DNA of 45,239 nucleotides, the filler included, from Catajapyx aquilonaris (lineage: Eukaryota), in NCBI GenBank assembly GCA_000934665.2. It is 2 parts of 2 records of this genome, joined end to end, with 100 filler letters (N's around TTAATTAATTAA, not from the genome) between each part and the next. Parts side by side here need not be neighbours in the genome. Positions count along the whole stretch, not along the records: positions 1 to 22,804 come from KZ539430.1; 1 more part is not named here. One strand, written 5' to 3'. Positions 1-12,945 of this stretch are shown one piece after another. A model generated the notes under the pieces. The model saw only the letters and a list, made by a program, of their open reading frames with translations, did not search any database and was not told where the DNA came from. Made by a program: the position numbers and the translations under genes. Positions within the stretch are counted from its first letter, which is position 1, and the number at the start of each line of letters is the position of its first letter.

Positions 1-3000
1 GGAGGTGACGTCACGCGTTAACGTGACGGGAGGCTTAGCGTCACTATAAATGTCACGTGTCGGCTGTTTCAACACCTTGTCACTTCGGCTTCTAGTCTAG
101 GCCGTTTGCCAAACGAATCTGTCTTTTCATCTGTTGCAGGTACGAGCCAAAATGGCGTTTTTTAAGGTTTATATATATATTGGTGTTTACACTAGGGGTT
201 GAGTTACGTGTGTGATTGATGAATGTTTTGTATCGATATATTTGGTATCGTATCGATTCAGCAATATAATTATCAAGTCTGTGCCTCTGTTTGTCCGGGG
301 TCATCTCTCACCTAGGTGCATGTAGCTCCCACTATACTGGCACGACCTTGACAGTTGCAGAAGTGCACTCATGCGCCATCTATGTGAGGGATTATGGTAA
401 TTACGTGAACAGTGCCCGGACAGTTTTTGCTTTTTAAGACAATTATAAAATAAATTAGTATTAATTATTTAGAAATAAACAATAAGCAGCATTTAGAAAA
501 TATTTATAAATATTTTAAAATATACAGAATAAACCAAGCATATATTCATATTTTTATAAATAAAATAGACAAATCAGATTTATTAATTATTGCCTTTATT
601 CATAAATAAGATAGACACGTAATATTTATTAATTATTGCCTCTATTCATAAATAAAATAGACAAATAATCATAAATATTGATGAATAAATACACAAAGAA
701 TATTTACTGGTTATTTATGAATAAACATTCTTAATAAATAAAGAATATCTTAATTAGTTAATTAATATTTATTTGTAAGTAATAAAATAACAATTAAATT
801 TATTGTCTTTAAATTATTTGTTAATATAATAATATTTTATTATCCACTTGCCACTTCTCAATTTGTTTTAAAATAAACGGATATGCGGGGGTTTGACGAA
901 GCGTGACGCAGCGTGACATAGGGGGTTGGGGGTGGGGGGAAGGGGCAGTTTCATGTTACGAACATGGTTGGTAATTAGCGGTTTGAGTTGGCCGGCTCGT
1001 AAATTCTTGTCTGGAGAAGCATCCGAAATACGAGGAGGACCCATCCCCACTCCATCTGGTCACAGCGGCAAGAAAAATTGCGTCGCCTGCGCGGAGTCGA
1101 TTGCGCATGACGACTCGGTTGGAATGACAGCTAATGAGAGGAAATACCTTGGCGGGTTGTCCGTCACGCCCTTCCATTCGCCATTTAACACCCTGTAGAT
1201 CGAAAGAGGAAAAAAGTTCCAGTGCATTTGTGCAAAGGTTGAACACGGCTTACATGGTCGGCCATCTTGAATCCACTGCAGCTGGGGGAGGGGCGCCATC
1301 TTGGATCAACGTCGTACATGTCCGCCATTTTGAATCCAGACAGTAATAAAGCATCTTATTAAACAGACATGGCTCCCAAACTTTTTTGTGGTGGTGGTTT
1401 TGGAGATTGCTAGTTGAGAAGAGAGGGAAGTCTGGAATGGGTCCCATGTCATCCCTTTCCCGCCCGATTTTTCAGGAGAAATGGGGCGCGAAACTGGTTC
1501 CAGGAACATGTGTCGAATAGGGCCGACCCCCTTCTCTACTTCCAACGCAGCCCAGAGATTTATGCTTCTTTGGGGCCATCTGGCGAGTTTGGTGGTTGGG
1601 GATGGCCGACGATTCTTCATTTCCGCCACAAAAACATTTTCTTTTTGCCAGTTGGTAGAGGAGAGAAACATGTGTAGGGATTCAAGTAGATTCAGCAGCC
1701 AATTAGAGCGGCTGTCCCTCACATAGATGGCGCATTGCCACTCTCAGGGTTGTACAGGCACTGGATGCAACTCAGAGGCACAGATGGTTTGAGATAGTGA
1801 AGACAGAACATCCAGGCTTGCTGGCTCATTATTTAATCTTAAATGGACTTCACCAGAGGCAGCCTCATGTCTGCTTCGGCAAAGCGAATTAATCATTTGT
1901 TGAGGCTGGGGAAGGCCTTGGAAACAGAGGTGGGCCTGAGGCGTCCCTCGTCCTCTCCCCACTGCTTCTATCCCATATCTCTCCGGGAGACTATCGATTC
2001 CTGGAGCATCCAAACACTCTCGTCGTCGTGCCACTCCAGACCTGTCGTTTGGCACGTGCTTCGTCCCGCTGGACCGCCTGTGACCTGAAATATCGAGTCG
2101 CAAACATGTGAGGCGGGAGGACCGATCGGACGCCATTTTTAGCACGGGTCACGTGATAAGGGGGGTTGGAAATAACGTGGAAGTTGGAAATAATGCGCTT
2201 GGCCTGTTTCTTCCTCCCAGAGTGTGGTCAGTGTTTCATTAGCCGAATGTGTGCCAATGTTTAGACTGCTGATGTCCAGTTTTCTGGGAATAGCCTCTAG
2301 GCTCGAAGGAGCACCGTAATGTCCCCCCACTGTACTCACTCCACCCTCTCCCCTCAGTGCAGAGTAGTGTTGCCAGGCGCAGGGCGATAGCGGCGCGATA
2401 GGCATCGTTATGGCGGCGGCTTGGCTGCTGAAATGCGAAGATAAAATGGCGATCAGGGAGCGGCGTGTAGGTCGTGGGGCTTAAATGCTGCCCCGCTGAA
2501 TGGCCCTTCGGCCCGCGAGGCTCATTCCGCCGGATGAATTATCGGGCCTGGACACCCTGCGCCTCTGACGTCATCCGGGAGGGAAAAAGGGGGGAGAATC
2601 AGTAGAGAGAACACTATAGCAGAAACGAAATTGTACGTGACCAATTCTTTATGTGGCAGCTGAAATACACTCAGCCATGCCCCTCGCACTAGCCAGTGTC
2701 ATCTGTATGACTTTTGAGTGACCGTACCAGCAGTACCGGCATGGCAATGCCAGGCAAGGTACGTCCCACCCCAGGCATGGGTGGTGTCCGTCTTGCGCGT
2801 CGCAGTCCGACGAACGTTATTGTGGCTTTAGGCGACACCCTGTAGCCTGTACTATGCGAGTTTTTATCGCAATGACCACACGACCGATGTGCAGTGGAGG
2901 CGCGACATACGCACGGATGATTAACCTCCCTCTGGCCGATCAGCCGGTCCCAAATCGCCAACTAATTAACCGAAGATCCAAATCGCACGTGCTAATTCAC

Positions 3001-3481
3001 CGGTCGACGCCATCTTGTCCCGATATCACTCCAGGGCCGATGAAAATTTTTGTTATTATTTTATAATGTGTTTGTGTATTGTTGGATCCTAACCTCTTCC
3101 TATAGTGTATACGTGGGGCTCCCTCTACCAATTTATATCTGGCAACTTCCCTCGGCACGCTGGTAATCAAATCAGACGCCCAAGTTATGAGCTCTGGGAC
3201 CAATGGGATTGGAGGATGTCGTCTTCATTCCCCTGCACTCATTACTGCTGCAGGAACGACCCCAAGTCGAGGTTACCCCCATTTCTGAGGGTCCTCCAGG
3301 TGCTGTGCGGGGTTCAAACAAGGGACCAGTTTTGATAGCGAAAATTCGTCATTTTTTTTTTAAAAATGCGAAAATCTGGCGAATGTTCGCTTCTTTGTGA
3401 TGGGATGTTAGGATTCTCGCGGATTCTCGCTTCTTCTGCGGTGTCAGGCAGAAATCAGGCAAATTCTCGCGGACTCTAGTG

Positions 3482-3880
3482 AAAATCATGCTGAATCTGA
3501 CGTTCTTAAGAGGAAATCATGCTGAATCTGACGTTCTCAAGAGGAAATCATGCTGAATCAGCCGTTCTGAAGAGGAAATCATGCTGAATCAGCCGTTCTG
3601 AAGAGGAAATCGTGCTGAATCTGACCTTCTGAAGAGGAAATCATGCTGAATCAGCCGTTCTGAATAGGAATCGTGCTGAATCTGACGTTCTCAAGAGGAA
3701 ATCATGCTGAATCAGCCGTTCTGAAGAGGAAATCGTGCTGAATCTGACCTTCTGAAGAGGAAATCATGCTGAATCAGCCGTTCTGAACAGGAATCGTGCT
3801 GAATCTGACGTTCTCAAGAGGAAATCATGCTGAATCTGACGTTCTTAAGAGGCAATCGTGCTGAATCAGACATTCTTAAA
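3482..3880. repeat. 31-bp minisatellite (~13 copies) with a 123-bp higher-order duplication
   Basis: Unit GAGGAAATCATGCTGAATCAGCCGTTCTGAA; variants ordered A-B-A-C at 3572-3694 and again at 3695-3817. Confidence 0.92.
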
Positions 3881-4177
3881 GCGGAAGTCTCGCGGACACT
3901 CGCTTCTATGGTCTGAAGCAGATATCACGCAGATTCTCGCTCCTGTGGTCGGATCTCAGGCGTTCTCAAGTGGAAATCTCGCATATGCTCGCTTATCTCG
4001 TGACCTCCATCCCGCTTAAAATTCCCGTCCTTCCTTAACTGCATCAAAAGTGTCCCAATTGGATCACAATTTGTATACTGTCCCTCCCCTCTAGACATGG
4101 AGGCATCCTACCCTCACCGCAACCCTGTGGCTGTATGCATGGTCTAGACCACGTCCATTGAAGGGGGGGGGGGGGGG

Positions 4178-4315
4178 NNNNNNNNNNNNNNNNNNNNNNN
4201 NNNNNNNNNNNNNNNNNNNNNNNNNNNNNNNNNNNNNNNNNNNNNNNNNNNNNNNNNNNNNNNNNNNNNNNNNNNNNNNNNNNNNNNNNNNNNNNNNNNN
4301 NNNNNNNNNNNNNNN
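4178..4315. other. Assembly gap (138 N) between poly-G and poly-C runs
   Basis: N run flanked by a G homopolymer on the left and C-rich runs on the right. Confidence 0.95.
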
Positions 4316-6117
4316 CCCCCCCCTCCCCCCCTGCCTCTATTTCCATGCTGAGGTGGCCCTTGGGACACCTCCACAAAAGCCATCCCTGGTGGAGGGTAGT
4401 GGGTGGTGGGGGAGGGATATGGACGAGTCTTCTGGGATTTTCCAGCACAAACCCAACCCCCCCACCCATCTGCCGACAATGCCCCCCATCCTGAACCCCA
4501 CCTTGAAATATTATCTGTTTTCATCACCTGATCCCCTACCAGCATACCAACTCTTTTGGGTGAGCTGGAGGGATGACCCTAGGTCGCGCTGACATTTGTG
4601 AGGTCAGGTGGGTGACAAATTGGGAAATTTTGGGCACCATATACAAGTAGTAGGCAGCCAATGGGTTGGCCAAATGTGCACCCAGGAATGTCGATACATC
4701 GTCACATTCAATATAATGCATATGTATCGATACATTCAAAATAATACGTGTATCAAGCAACATTTGGATGTTGTTAAGGGGCATATTAATAATTAAATTA
4801 ATTGCGTAAATAGTGTTATAAATAATTTAAAGAAATCATCAACTACTTCAAACACAATGCTTGCTTGTGCTCACATGACCCCATCGGGACGGCCCTACAC
4901 ATGGCACACACAATATCTTTTTGTGCAATTCCCTATATGAAACATGCTGATTGTGGTAGTTATACTTGGTCATCTACAGGCAGGAGACATTTGCATGAGC
5001 ATAACACAATAACATTGTCATAAGAACATATCATCAGACTGGACATGCACACGTATGATGGACAGTCAGGATCAGGCGAAAAGGGTTAATCGGGACAGGG
5101 GTCTCTCTTTTTTTTTGATGAAAAGTGGGGGACACACATGTGAACAAGATGCCGGGGATGGAGGGACACACATTGACTCATCTCCCAGGAGGCTATCACT
5201 TGTTTCGCAGCCTGCTTTTGCTGCTTGGATTGCAACTTTTGCATTCAAGGCCCACTGGGAGTTGGGGCATCCCTCGAGGCGTGTTCCCTGCCTCATTTCA
5301 CATTTCTTTTTTGAAAAGGGGGAGGGGAGGGGGGGGGGGGGGTAAGTTAACTGGACGATAGTATCGATTTGGTAAAAAAGGTGGCCAAATATTATTTGGT
5401 TCGTCAACTCTGATATTAGCTAGTCTAGCAAGCTTGGTAGCAGTGGAAGTAGCCTGGGTATAACCACTGTTCCAAGGGATTTTTAGAATTGAAAATTTTA
5501 CAATATAACTTTACGTATTTTGTTTTATTACAAATGTTCGCTTTAAAGTAATTAGTTTTCAGTTACAGCGTATTTTTATTATAAATTATCATTTTAACGT
5601 AATTCGTTTTAAATAGCATTATTAATTAAATGTTCATTTTTAAATAATTCATTTTAAATTACATTACTAGTACGTATTTAAATTTTCATTATTAATTTTA
5701 TATTATTTAAAAAATTATTTATTACATTTGAAATATTCATTATTTGCAGTATTTCGTATTTGAAATTTTCATCATGGTAGTGTTTTAATTCATTAGAAAT
5801 TTTTATTGTGTATTTTAAGCCATTAGAAATTTTATTATCTATTAATTAAATTGATTTACTACATGTCATTGAATGTTGTATATTATATTTATTTGCAGAT
5901 TGGGTGCAGCACTGACTAGTACGGCATAAAGAAATAATTATTCACGCTTGAACTTTACTGTTAAAGTTTTGCATACAAATTTAATAAGATCGCTTAAAAT
6001 TAATATTAAATTCAGAGGTCTTATGCCATATTTTTAAACATATTTATATATATTTTTCATTCAGGACGATTTCCTCGATTTCATGGATTTCAACGTCTTA
6101 CCAGAGTCGTTCATGTA

Positions 6118-6401
6118 CAGGGTGTCTCATCTTTTTTGGTCCGAACAGCTATCGGAAAATTGCGCGTAGCTGCTACTTTGTAATCAGTGACTTGCAAACG
6201 GAGGAACGGGGAATATTCCCTGCGAATCGTAGGTTGAAGTGGAATACGTGCTGCCCCTCTGAAAATTGAGCTTCAAGCCTGGAAAAAAAGGAGGGCCACA
6301 CATGCCATTTCCCCATCTCTGATAAATCACCGTTTGCAAGTCACTGCTTAAAAAGTAGCAATTTTCCGATAACTGTTCGGACAAAAAAAGATGAGACCCT
6401 G
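6118..6401. mobile_element. Tc1/mariner-type MITE
   Basis: TA|CAGGGTGTCTCATCTTTTTTGGTCCGAACAG...CTGTTCGGACAAAAAAAGATGAGACCCTG|TA; imperfect ~80-bp TIRs, TA TSD. Confidence 0.85.
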
Positions 6402-6837
6402 TAGACAAATAATACTGCATACAAATTTAATGCAATTACTACAAAATATTACCGTATCTTACTCCATTCATTTTGTTTTTAAAAAAATCAACATCTTATT
6501 TTTTTTCTTTTGGCTACCAGACCACGCCCCTTTCTCGGTAAGTCTTACCAAAAAGAGAGCCTTCCATATTAGAGTCCTCCCAAAAACGCAATTTTTACTG
6601 GGCAGGTTCATTACCCCAGGCAGCAACGCATCCACAGGACGGAGCAAACGGGGGGGAGGGTTTGTCCTGAAACTTGAGACCAAAGACGGTGCTAGGAGAA
6701 GACACATCCTCTCCCTCCTTCCCTCAGTCTATCCCCCTTCCTCCTCCTCCCTCCATGGGTGTAATCGGGGGTTTCTATGGAAACGGCCATGAAGTCAGGC
6801 GGCGAGCTTATCTTGGGTACAATGTAAGCTGCAATCG

Positions 6838-6869
<32 letters not shown>

Positions 6870-7309
6870 GAAGGTGGTGGTGGTGGGGGAGGGAATAAGG
6901 GAGGGGAAGAGAGGGGAGATGGAGGAGGGGGGGGAGAAAGGAAAATCTATGCATATAGATTGCTTATTTTCCGGTGGGGCCATCCTATTCGTTCGTTCGG
7001 TTACGGCCATTGCCTCGACAGGAAGGAAGGAAGGAAGAAGAAGGGAAAAAACTTCAGTTTTTCTCTCTCTATGTTATGATTTTTTTTTGGGGGGGGGAAG
7101 GAAAGGTTCCTGAAAGAGGCTATTTTCTTAAAAATAAGAAATAGGGCTATATATGCAATATTGTCCATATGTGTTTGAAACTACTCATATCCTTTTGAAT
7201 ATACGACTCATACGATGCTGTTTTTTTCTGAATCGCCACCCTATACGGACAACTGCGATGAGTGAGTGCGATATTTTCAGCCTCACAACACCTTTAGACA
7301 GATTGTCTA

Positions 7310-7679
7310 CATGGTGTAAATCCTAAGGGTGTCACCAGAAAAGGTGGTGGTAGAGGGCGCAGGTGTGAGCATTTTTGCATAAGGAACTAGGGGTCAGAAA
7401 CGCACCCTCACCGAGTTACCCCCCTTTCAAGTTTGCGGCAGGCAGTGTGCACGCGGCGGAGTGACTCGGTGAGGGTACATTTCCGACCCCTAGTTCCTTA
7501 TGCAAAAATGCTCACACCTGCGCCCTCTACCTGGTAGAGGTCGCAGGTGTGAGCATTTTTGAAAGGGGGGTAACTCGGTGAGGGTGCGTTTCCGACCCCT
7601 AGTTCCTTATGCAAAAATGCTCACACCTGCGCCCTCTACCACCACCTTTTCTGGTGACACGCTTAGGATTAACACCCTG
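7310..7679. mobile_element. Tc1/mariner-type fold-back MITE with internal rearrangement
   Basis: TA|CATGGTGTAAATCCTAAG...CTTAGGATTAACACCCTG|TA; ~120-bp arms (7310-7430 / 7559-7679), with extra partial arm copies at 7464-7531 and 7532-7560. Confidence 0.88.
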
Positions 7680-7965
7680 TATAGTAGCAGTGTACCTGTT
7701 CTTAGCACGGGGATTAATAAAAATGAGAGAAGGTAGTAAAGCCTATAGAAGCACCATCTGTGGTGGCAGATGAAACACTAAACTTCAGACAAATTTTTTA
7801 AAAATCACATATTTTGGGTATTTAAACTCCAAAAAGTGCCACCCTGTTTTTTCGGACTTTTGACTCAATCGGTGGCACATCAGACATTCGTGGGCCAAAT
7901 TTCAGGACTTTCAGTAGTCCGGAAGTGGGTTAGGTAGCCTGGAAAAACATATATCTAGATATGCA

Positions 7966-8107
7966 CTATCGGGTTCAAATACTTTTGGCCACTTTATCCT
8001 GGTCTTGAAGCAACCCTTCGCACAGACCCCACGTTAAGGAGGTGTGCGTGTGCGAAGGGTTGCTTCAAGATCAGGATAAAGTGGCCAAAAGTATTTGAAC
8101 CTGATAG
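7966..8107. mobile_element. Small palindromic MITE nested between older inverted copies
   Basis: CTATCGGGTTCAAATACTTTTGGCCACTTTATCCTG...CAGGATAAAGTGGCCAAAAGTATTTGAACCTGATAG|TA; ~57-bp arms. Lies between diverged inverted segments at ~7750-7940 and ~8225-8425. Confidence 0.8.
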
Positions 8108-10603
8108 TACAAACATTCACGTTTATAAGTATGGAAATGTATAGTAGCCTACTGTATAATACAGTGTAATACAGACATTCTTTGTAGTATGGACGAAAAG
8201 GTTTGTTGGTATGTATGCCAGTCCGCGTTACCTAACCCACTTTCAGACTACTGAGAGTGCTGAAACTTGGCACACTGATGGATTACGTGCCGTTGATTCC
8301 GGGATAAGTCCGAAAAGCGCACTTTTGTGAGCATTAATATACCCAAAATTTATTTATTTTTGTTTTTTACTGATGTTTGGTTAATCATTTGCAGTAATTA
8401 TTGCGCACACCACAGATGGCACTCCTCCCCTTTTGTTTGTTTGTTTGTTTGTCCATGACAACGGGTTGCATATCAAAAAACAACGATTGATTGTTGTCGA
8501 TATGGAAACAGGGCGATGGTTGTCCGTATAGGGTGGCATCTATAATGACAAATATTTCGTCGAATTTTGACTGTTCGTGATACCGGGTGTCACATGTATA
8601 CCATACATGGCGTGTCTTGTCTTCCATGCGATCAATACGGAGCTCTCCGGAATCCGCTTCATTTCCCCCCCCCCCCCNGTGGCGCCCTCATTTGTTATTC
8701 ATCCTTCATCTGCCGTGGCTGACGACTTTAGAATTACCCTAGACATATCCTCAACCCTCTAGACAAAAAGACGAAGAAAAATAGATTGAAAATGTACGGA
8801 AAAAAAAGTGATACAAGTTGAAATTTTGAGTTCAAATAGTGAATTCATATTTCGAGTTTTTTTTTCTCTCCTTTAATATACTCAGTCTTTGAATATAACA
8901 TTTATTCTCTTTGTAAAAAATGGCACATGCACACTGGCAAATTGGCAAAGCCACAATAACGTTCATTGGCCTGCGACGCACAATACTGGCAGCTTTGTTG
9001 GCCTATACGCGTCGAATTAATTAAAAATTATCGTGCAATGCGACATACAGTGCCTGGCGGGGTTATTGGTCACTAAAATGGGCAAAGCCACAATAACGTT
9101 CGTTCCCCTGCGGCGTACAAGACGGGAAGCAATCTTAGTGTGTATACACAGCCTATACGCGTCAAATTAATTGAAATTATAGGTCAATGTGACGTACAGT
9201 GCCTGGCAGGGCCATACAGATAACACCAACACATTTTCCACGCCAGGGGTCGCCCAAGTAGCCCAAATTTTATATGCACACATGACACACAAAATGGTAC
9301 AAACATGACAACCGAACCTTTTCTTCCCCCATTTCCAGTCATTAGACATTTTGCCCCCTCCAATCGCACCAAACCATCAGCCAATTGCAGCAATTTCTTA
9401 ATATCTTCCCTAAAAATCTGTGCTGCTACCTTACATCGCAAAAAAAAAAACAACGAAACTCTTCCAACCGTATCGTATCAAGGATTACATATAACCATTT
9501 CCCCTTATATCCACATATGGGTTAGATACCATCAAAGCGCACCACCGCACACCCTGATCTGACCTTTGTCCTCCCCCGCAATTCAAAATTCATGCCGGGT
9601 CATCAAATATTACTGACCTTTTTTTAGGGGGGGGGGGGAGGGGGAGACCAGGCTTAGTCAGGCCATCGATCACCATTCTTGATTGGATTGTCAATAAAAG
9701 GCTCTCAAAAAAAGGGGGACAAAGACAATCCTGGTATGTACCGGTCAATGTAATGGCGAGTAAACAATGCCTGCTGACGTGGATATCGAAATAGACTGTA
9801 TGTGCTCTATAGCTATTTTTTGCTATAGCCTATTCACAGATCCTATTTCTGAGCACAATAGGAGACGGAGTAATACATAAGTTTAACATAAGTAATGATA
9901 TATGGCTGAGGGGGGGATAATTCCGTTCATTGTACTAATAAATGTGTGTTATATGCATTGGGAAGATTGATGTGGCAGGCACGTGAAGGCCAACCCGTCG
10001 GTCCACTTCCACCAAAGCGGAAATAGACAGGCCCGATATGACTAATCCAACACAATATTTCCATTAATTTGAGTTTATTTTTTTTACACTTTTAAGATAG
10101 AAAATTTCAGACGAATTTATCGATAAAATTTGATCAATTTGAGTAAATATCGACGGAAATATTACACTAAATAAGTCGGTTATGCTAAGTACATTTAGGT
10201 GAACACAAAATTAGTTGATTAAAAATAATGGATTTGCCGAGTTCCTGTTGTTCCAACAATTTCTGGAAAACTAATAATGACTAAAAATAAAACTAAAAAT
10301 AAAAGGACGATAAATATACTACCTAATAATAGATAAATGTATTGTTAATACCGGTATAATGATAGATTAAATAATATGATAGATATATAATAGAGAGATA
10401 TACTAATCTAATAATATAATTTAATTAATAAATGCAATCTTATAATAAGTTTTCTTCCTTATATTATTGTATACCTATTACATATATTACGAGATATTAG
10501 GATATCTACATATTCTTATTATATTAGTATATCTACCTATTATTATTATATTAGTATATCTACCTATTATTATTATATTAGTATATCTACATATTCTTAT
10601 ATA

Positions 10604-10801
10604 CAGGGTGGACCAACTTCAAGTGTCGTTTTATAACGGCTATTAATAGAAGCGCTTTACGATTGACGTAGCAGCGACGTGTAAAATGGCCCACTTCGAT
10701 TGGCGCCGAAGTGGGACATTTTACACGTCGCTGCTACGTCATCGCAAAATCACTGCTATTAATCGCCGTTATAAAACGACACTTGAAGTTGGTCCACCCT
10801 G
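10604..10801. mobile_element. Tc1/mariner-type palindromic MITE
   Basis: TA|CAGGGTGGACCAACTTCAAGTGTCGTTTTATAACGGC...GCCGTTATAAAACGACACTTGAAGTTGGTCCACCCTG|TA; arms of ~95 bp with a loop of a few bases. Confidence 0.9.
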
Positions 10802-10844
10802 TAGATTGCTCTATATAACCAGCTAAACTGATTCAACTAATAAA

Positions 10845-11068
10845 CTAATAAAACAAATATCCAATGAGCTAATAAAACAAATATCTAATGAGCTAATAAA
10901 ACTAATATCAAATGAGCTAGTAACACTAATATCTAATGAGCTAGTAACGCTAATATCTAATGAGCTAGTAACACTAATATCTAATGAGCTATAGTAACAC
11001 TAATATCTAATGAGCTAGTAACACTAATATCTAATGAGCTAATAAAACTAGCCTAATATCTAATGAAC
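10845..11068. repeat. ~24-bp AT-rich minisatellite
   Basis: Tandem CTAATATCTAATGAGCTAGTAACA, about 8 copies. A 27-bp tandem (TATTAGTATATCTACCTATTATTATTA) also lies at ~10495-10600. Confidence 0.88.
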
Positions 11069-12283
11069 TGATAGCTGGCTGTACATAAGTTACAATAATA
11101 TTGCAAGAATGATAGGCCAAAAATTTAGAAATAATTTAGTAAATTTAACTAAAATTTGTAGTAATATGACCTGTTCATTGTAATAGTGAATAGAACTTTT
11201 CCAATTTGAATAGTATTTTAAGCACATTATTTTAAACCAGTGTAAAATAGGCTCGAAAACTGCTCAAAAAAGTCATTGCTCTGCAGTAAAAAAATTCTAC
11301 AAATTGAGTCATTTTTTTGGCAGATTGTATTTTTTTCTTTCAAGAATTTCATCCACTTTTTGAATGCCTTGACCTTTGACAATGATTATCTCGAGCGTCT
11401 TGGCTTGAATGTGACGTGTCAGATCTAACATGACTTTTTCGGCCCCGTTTTCGTTGCCGCGAAAGGTGGTCGAAAACTCAGAGAAATAATTTGTCAAAGT
11501 TGAAGAAGCCAGCTTCAAGGGGTGGGGGGATGGGGGGGTGGGGGAGTAAAAACAAAAAAAAAAGAGAGAGAGAGATTTCTCTTCTGTTTCTTCTTCTTTG
11601 AGTCTTTGCCGCCCTGGTTTTTGTGGTGCCGACCAAGGTGCTAAGCGAGGTCTTAGCCTCATCTCTTAACCGTCACGGAATCCCATTTGTAAAACCTTTT
11701 TGGAGAAAAAACCTCCTCTCCGGAAGGCCCTAACTTCAACCTCAATTTTTTCTCTCTCTCTCTCTCTCTCTTTATATGTTATTTCGCTTATACCTGGCCG
11801 ACTTTTTCCACCATATTGTATGTGGGGTGGGAGGCCTTAAATGGTAGGTGTGATTAATGTGTAGAGCATTAATCACCCCAGGTTTTTGGGCGGTGTCAAT
11901 GAGGGAGATTTCAAGTGTCATGGGCCAAAATGCGCTCTGACAGGTGGTTTCCAGTTGCCGTTCCACCAGGGTCAAAATTCTGGCCCGGATTCCAGTAATT
12001 ACAATAAAACGTAATTTGTTATTTTTATTATTATAGATATTGTACACAGGGTTTATTTGCAGAAATTGATTTTTGCTCTCCCAGGGTGCTGTTGGTGTCA
12101 TCTGTATGGATTTTGAGTGACCGCACCAGTGCTGTCCCTGCCAGGCACGGTCCGTCGCCTTGCCTGATAATTTTAATAGTGAACGTAGCTAGCTGTGAGA
12201 TCATGTCTAACTGTAAGTAAAAATATTCTTGCTGTAAAATTTACAGAAAAATTTGATTTAAAAACGGACTATAATATGCTATA

Positions 12284-12797
12284 CAGGGTGTTCCAAGGGA
12301 TAGAGTTGTCCTTACTGGCGTGCGGGAGGGTAGTAGTCGGTGGGGGCAGCGGGCTGTGCCGCAAAGGCAAGGATAAAGGGTAGGCGTGTATCCGCTGAAG
12401 ATAGGTCTGTATCCGTAAGGAAGGAAGGTTAGGCTTGGTTAGGTTAGGTAGGTACATCATACCCCTTCCAAAATTAAATCAAATTTTTTTAAAAATTAAA
12501 ATTAAATCAAAAAAAATGCTTGAGGAGCGGGCGATATATACAATCGCAGTCCCGGAATGCTACCGAATGCAAATAATTAAAAAAAAATACATTTAATTTT
12601 AAAAAATCTAATTAAATCCGAAAAATTAAATTAAATCCAAAAAAATCTATCATTGCTTTTGCGACACAACCAAGCTGCCCCCAGCCACCACTCACCCTGA
12701 CGCCTCCCGCACGCCACTAAGACCTACTCCTTCCAAAATAACTGCTATCGGGCGATATCTGTTATCAAGAAGTGACCCCTACTTTTGGAACACCCTG
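12284..12797. mobile_element. Tc1/mariner-type non-autonomous element
   Basis: TA|CAGGGTGTTCCAA...TTGGAACACCCTG|TA, with internal diverged inverted repeats (12310-12375 / 12648-12722). The right end is shared with the 22058-22264 element. Confidence 0.8.
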
Positions 12798-12848
12798 TAC
12801 AGTTTCTGTAGGTAGGCCTATACCCATTTTTTGCGCCGTTGTGTTGGC

Positions 12849-12945
12849 GTCATCTGTATGGCTTTAGGGTGACCGCACCGGTCCTGTTCGTCTTGCGGCC
12901 CTGCCAGGCACGGTCGATTTGCCCGATGATTTTGAGATGAGGCTC
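12849..12945 (+). repeat. Representative copy of a dispersed ~100-140-bp repeat family
   Basis: GTCATCTGTATGGCTTTAGGGTGACCGCACCGGTCCTG...CCTGCCAGGCACGGT; related copies at ~2698, ~12097, ~20655, 27441-27471 + 27875-27945, and inverted at ~9040-9215. Confidence 0.8.

Noticed and set aside
3482..3880. CRISPR array or tandem hammerhead ribozymes (CTGAAGA..GAAA)
   Set aside because: Units are contiguous without unique spacers, and only one base separates CTGAAGA from GAAA, leaving no room for stem II.
12420..12455. Telomeric TTAGG repeats (also inverted at ~23725-23748)
   Set aside because: Only 3-4 imperfect units embedded in a dispersed repeat shared by both sites; not a telomere.
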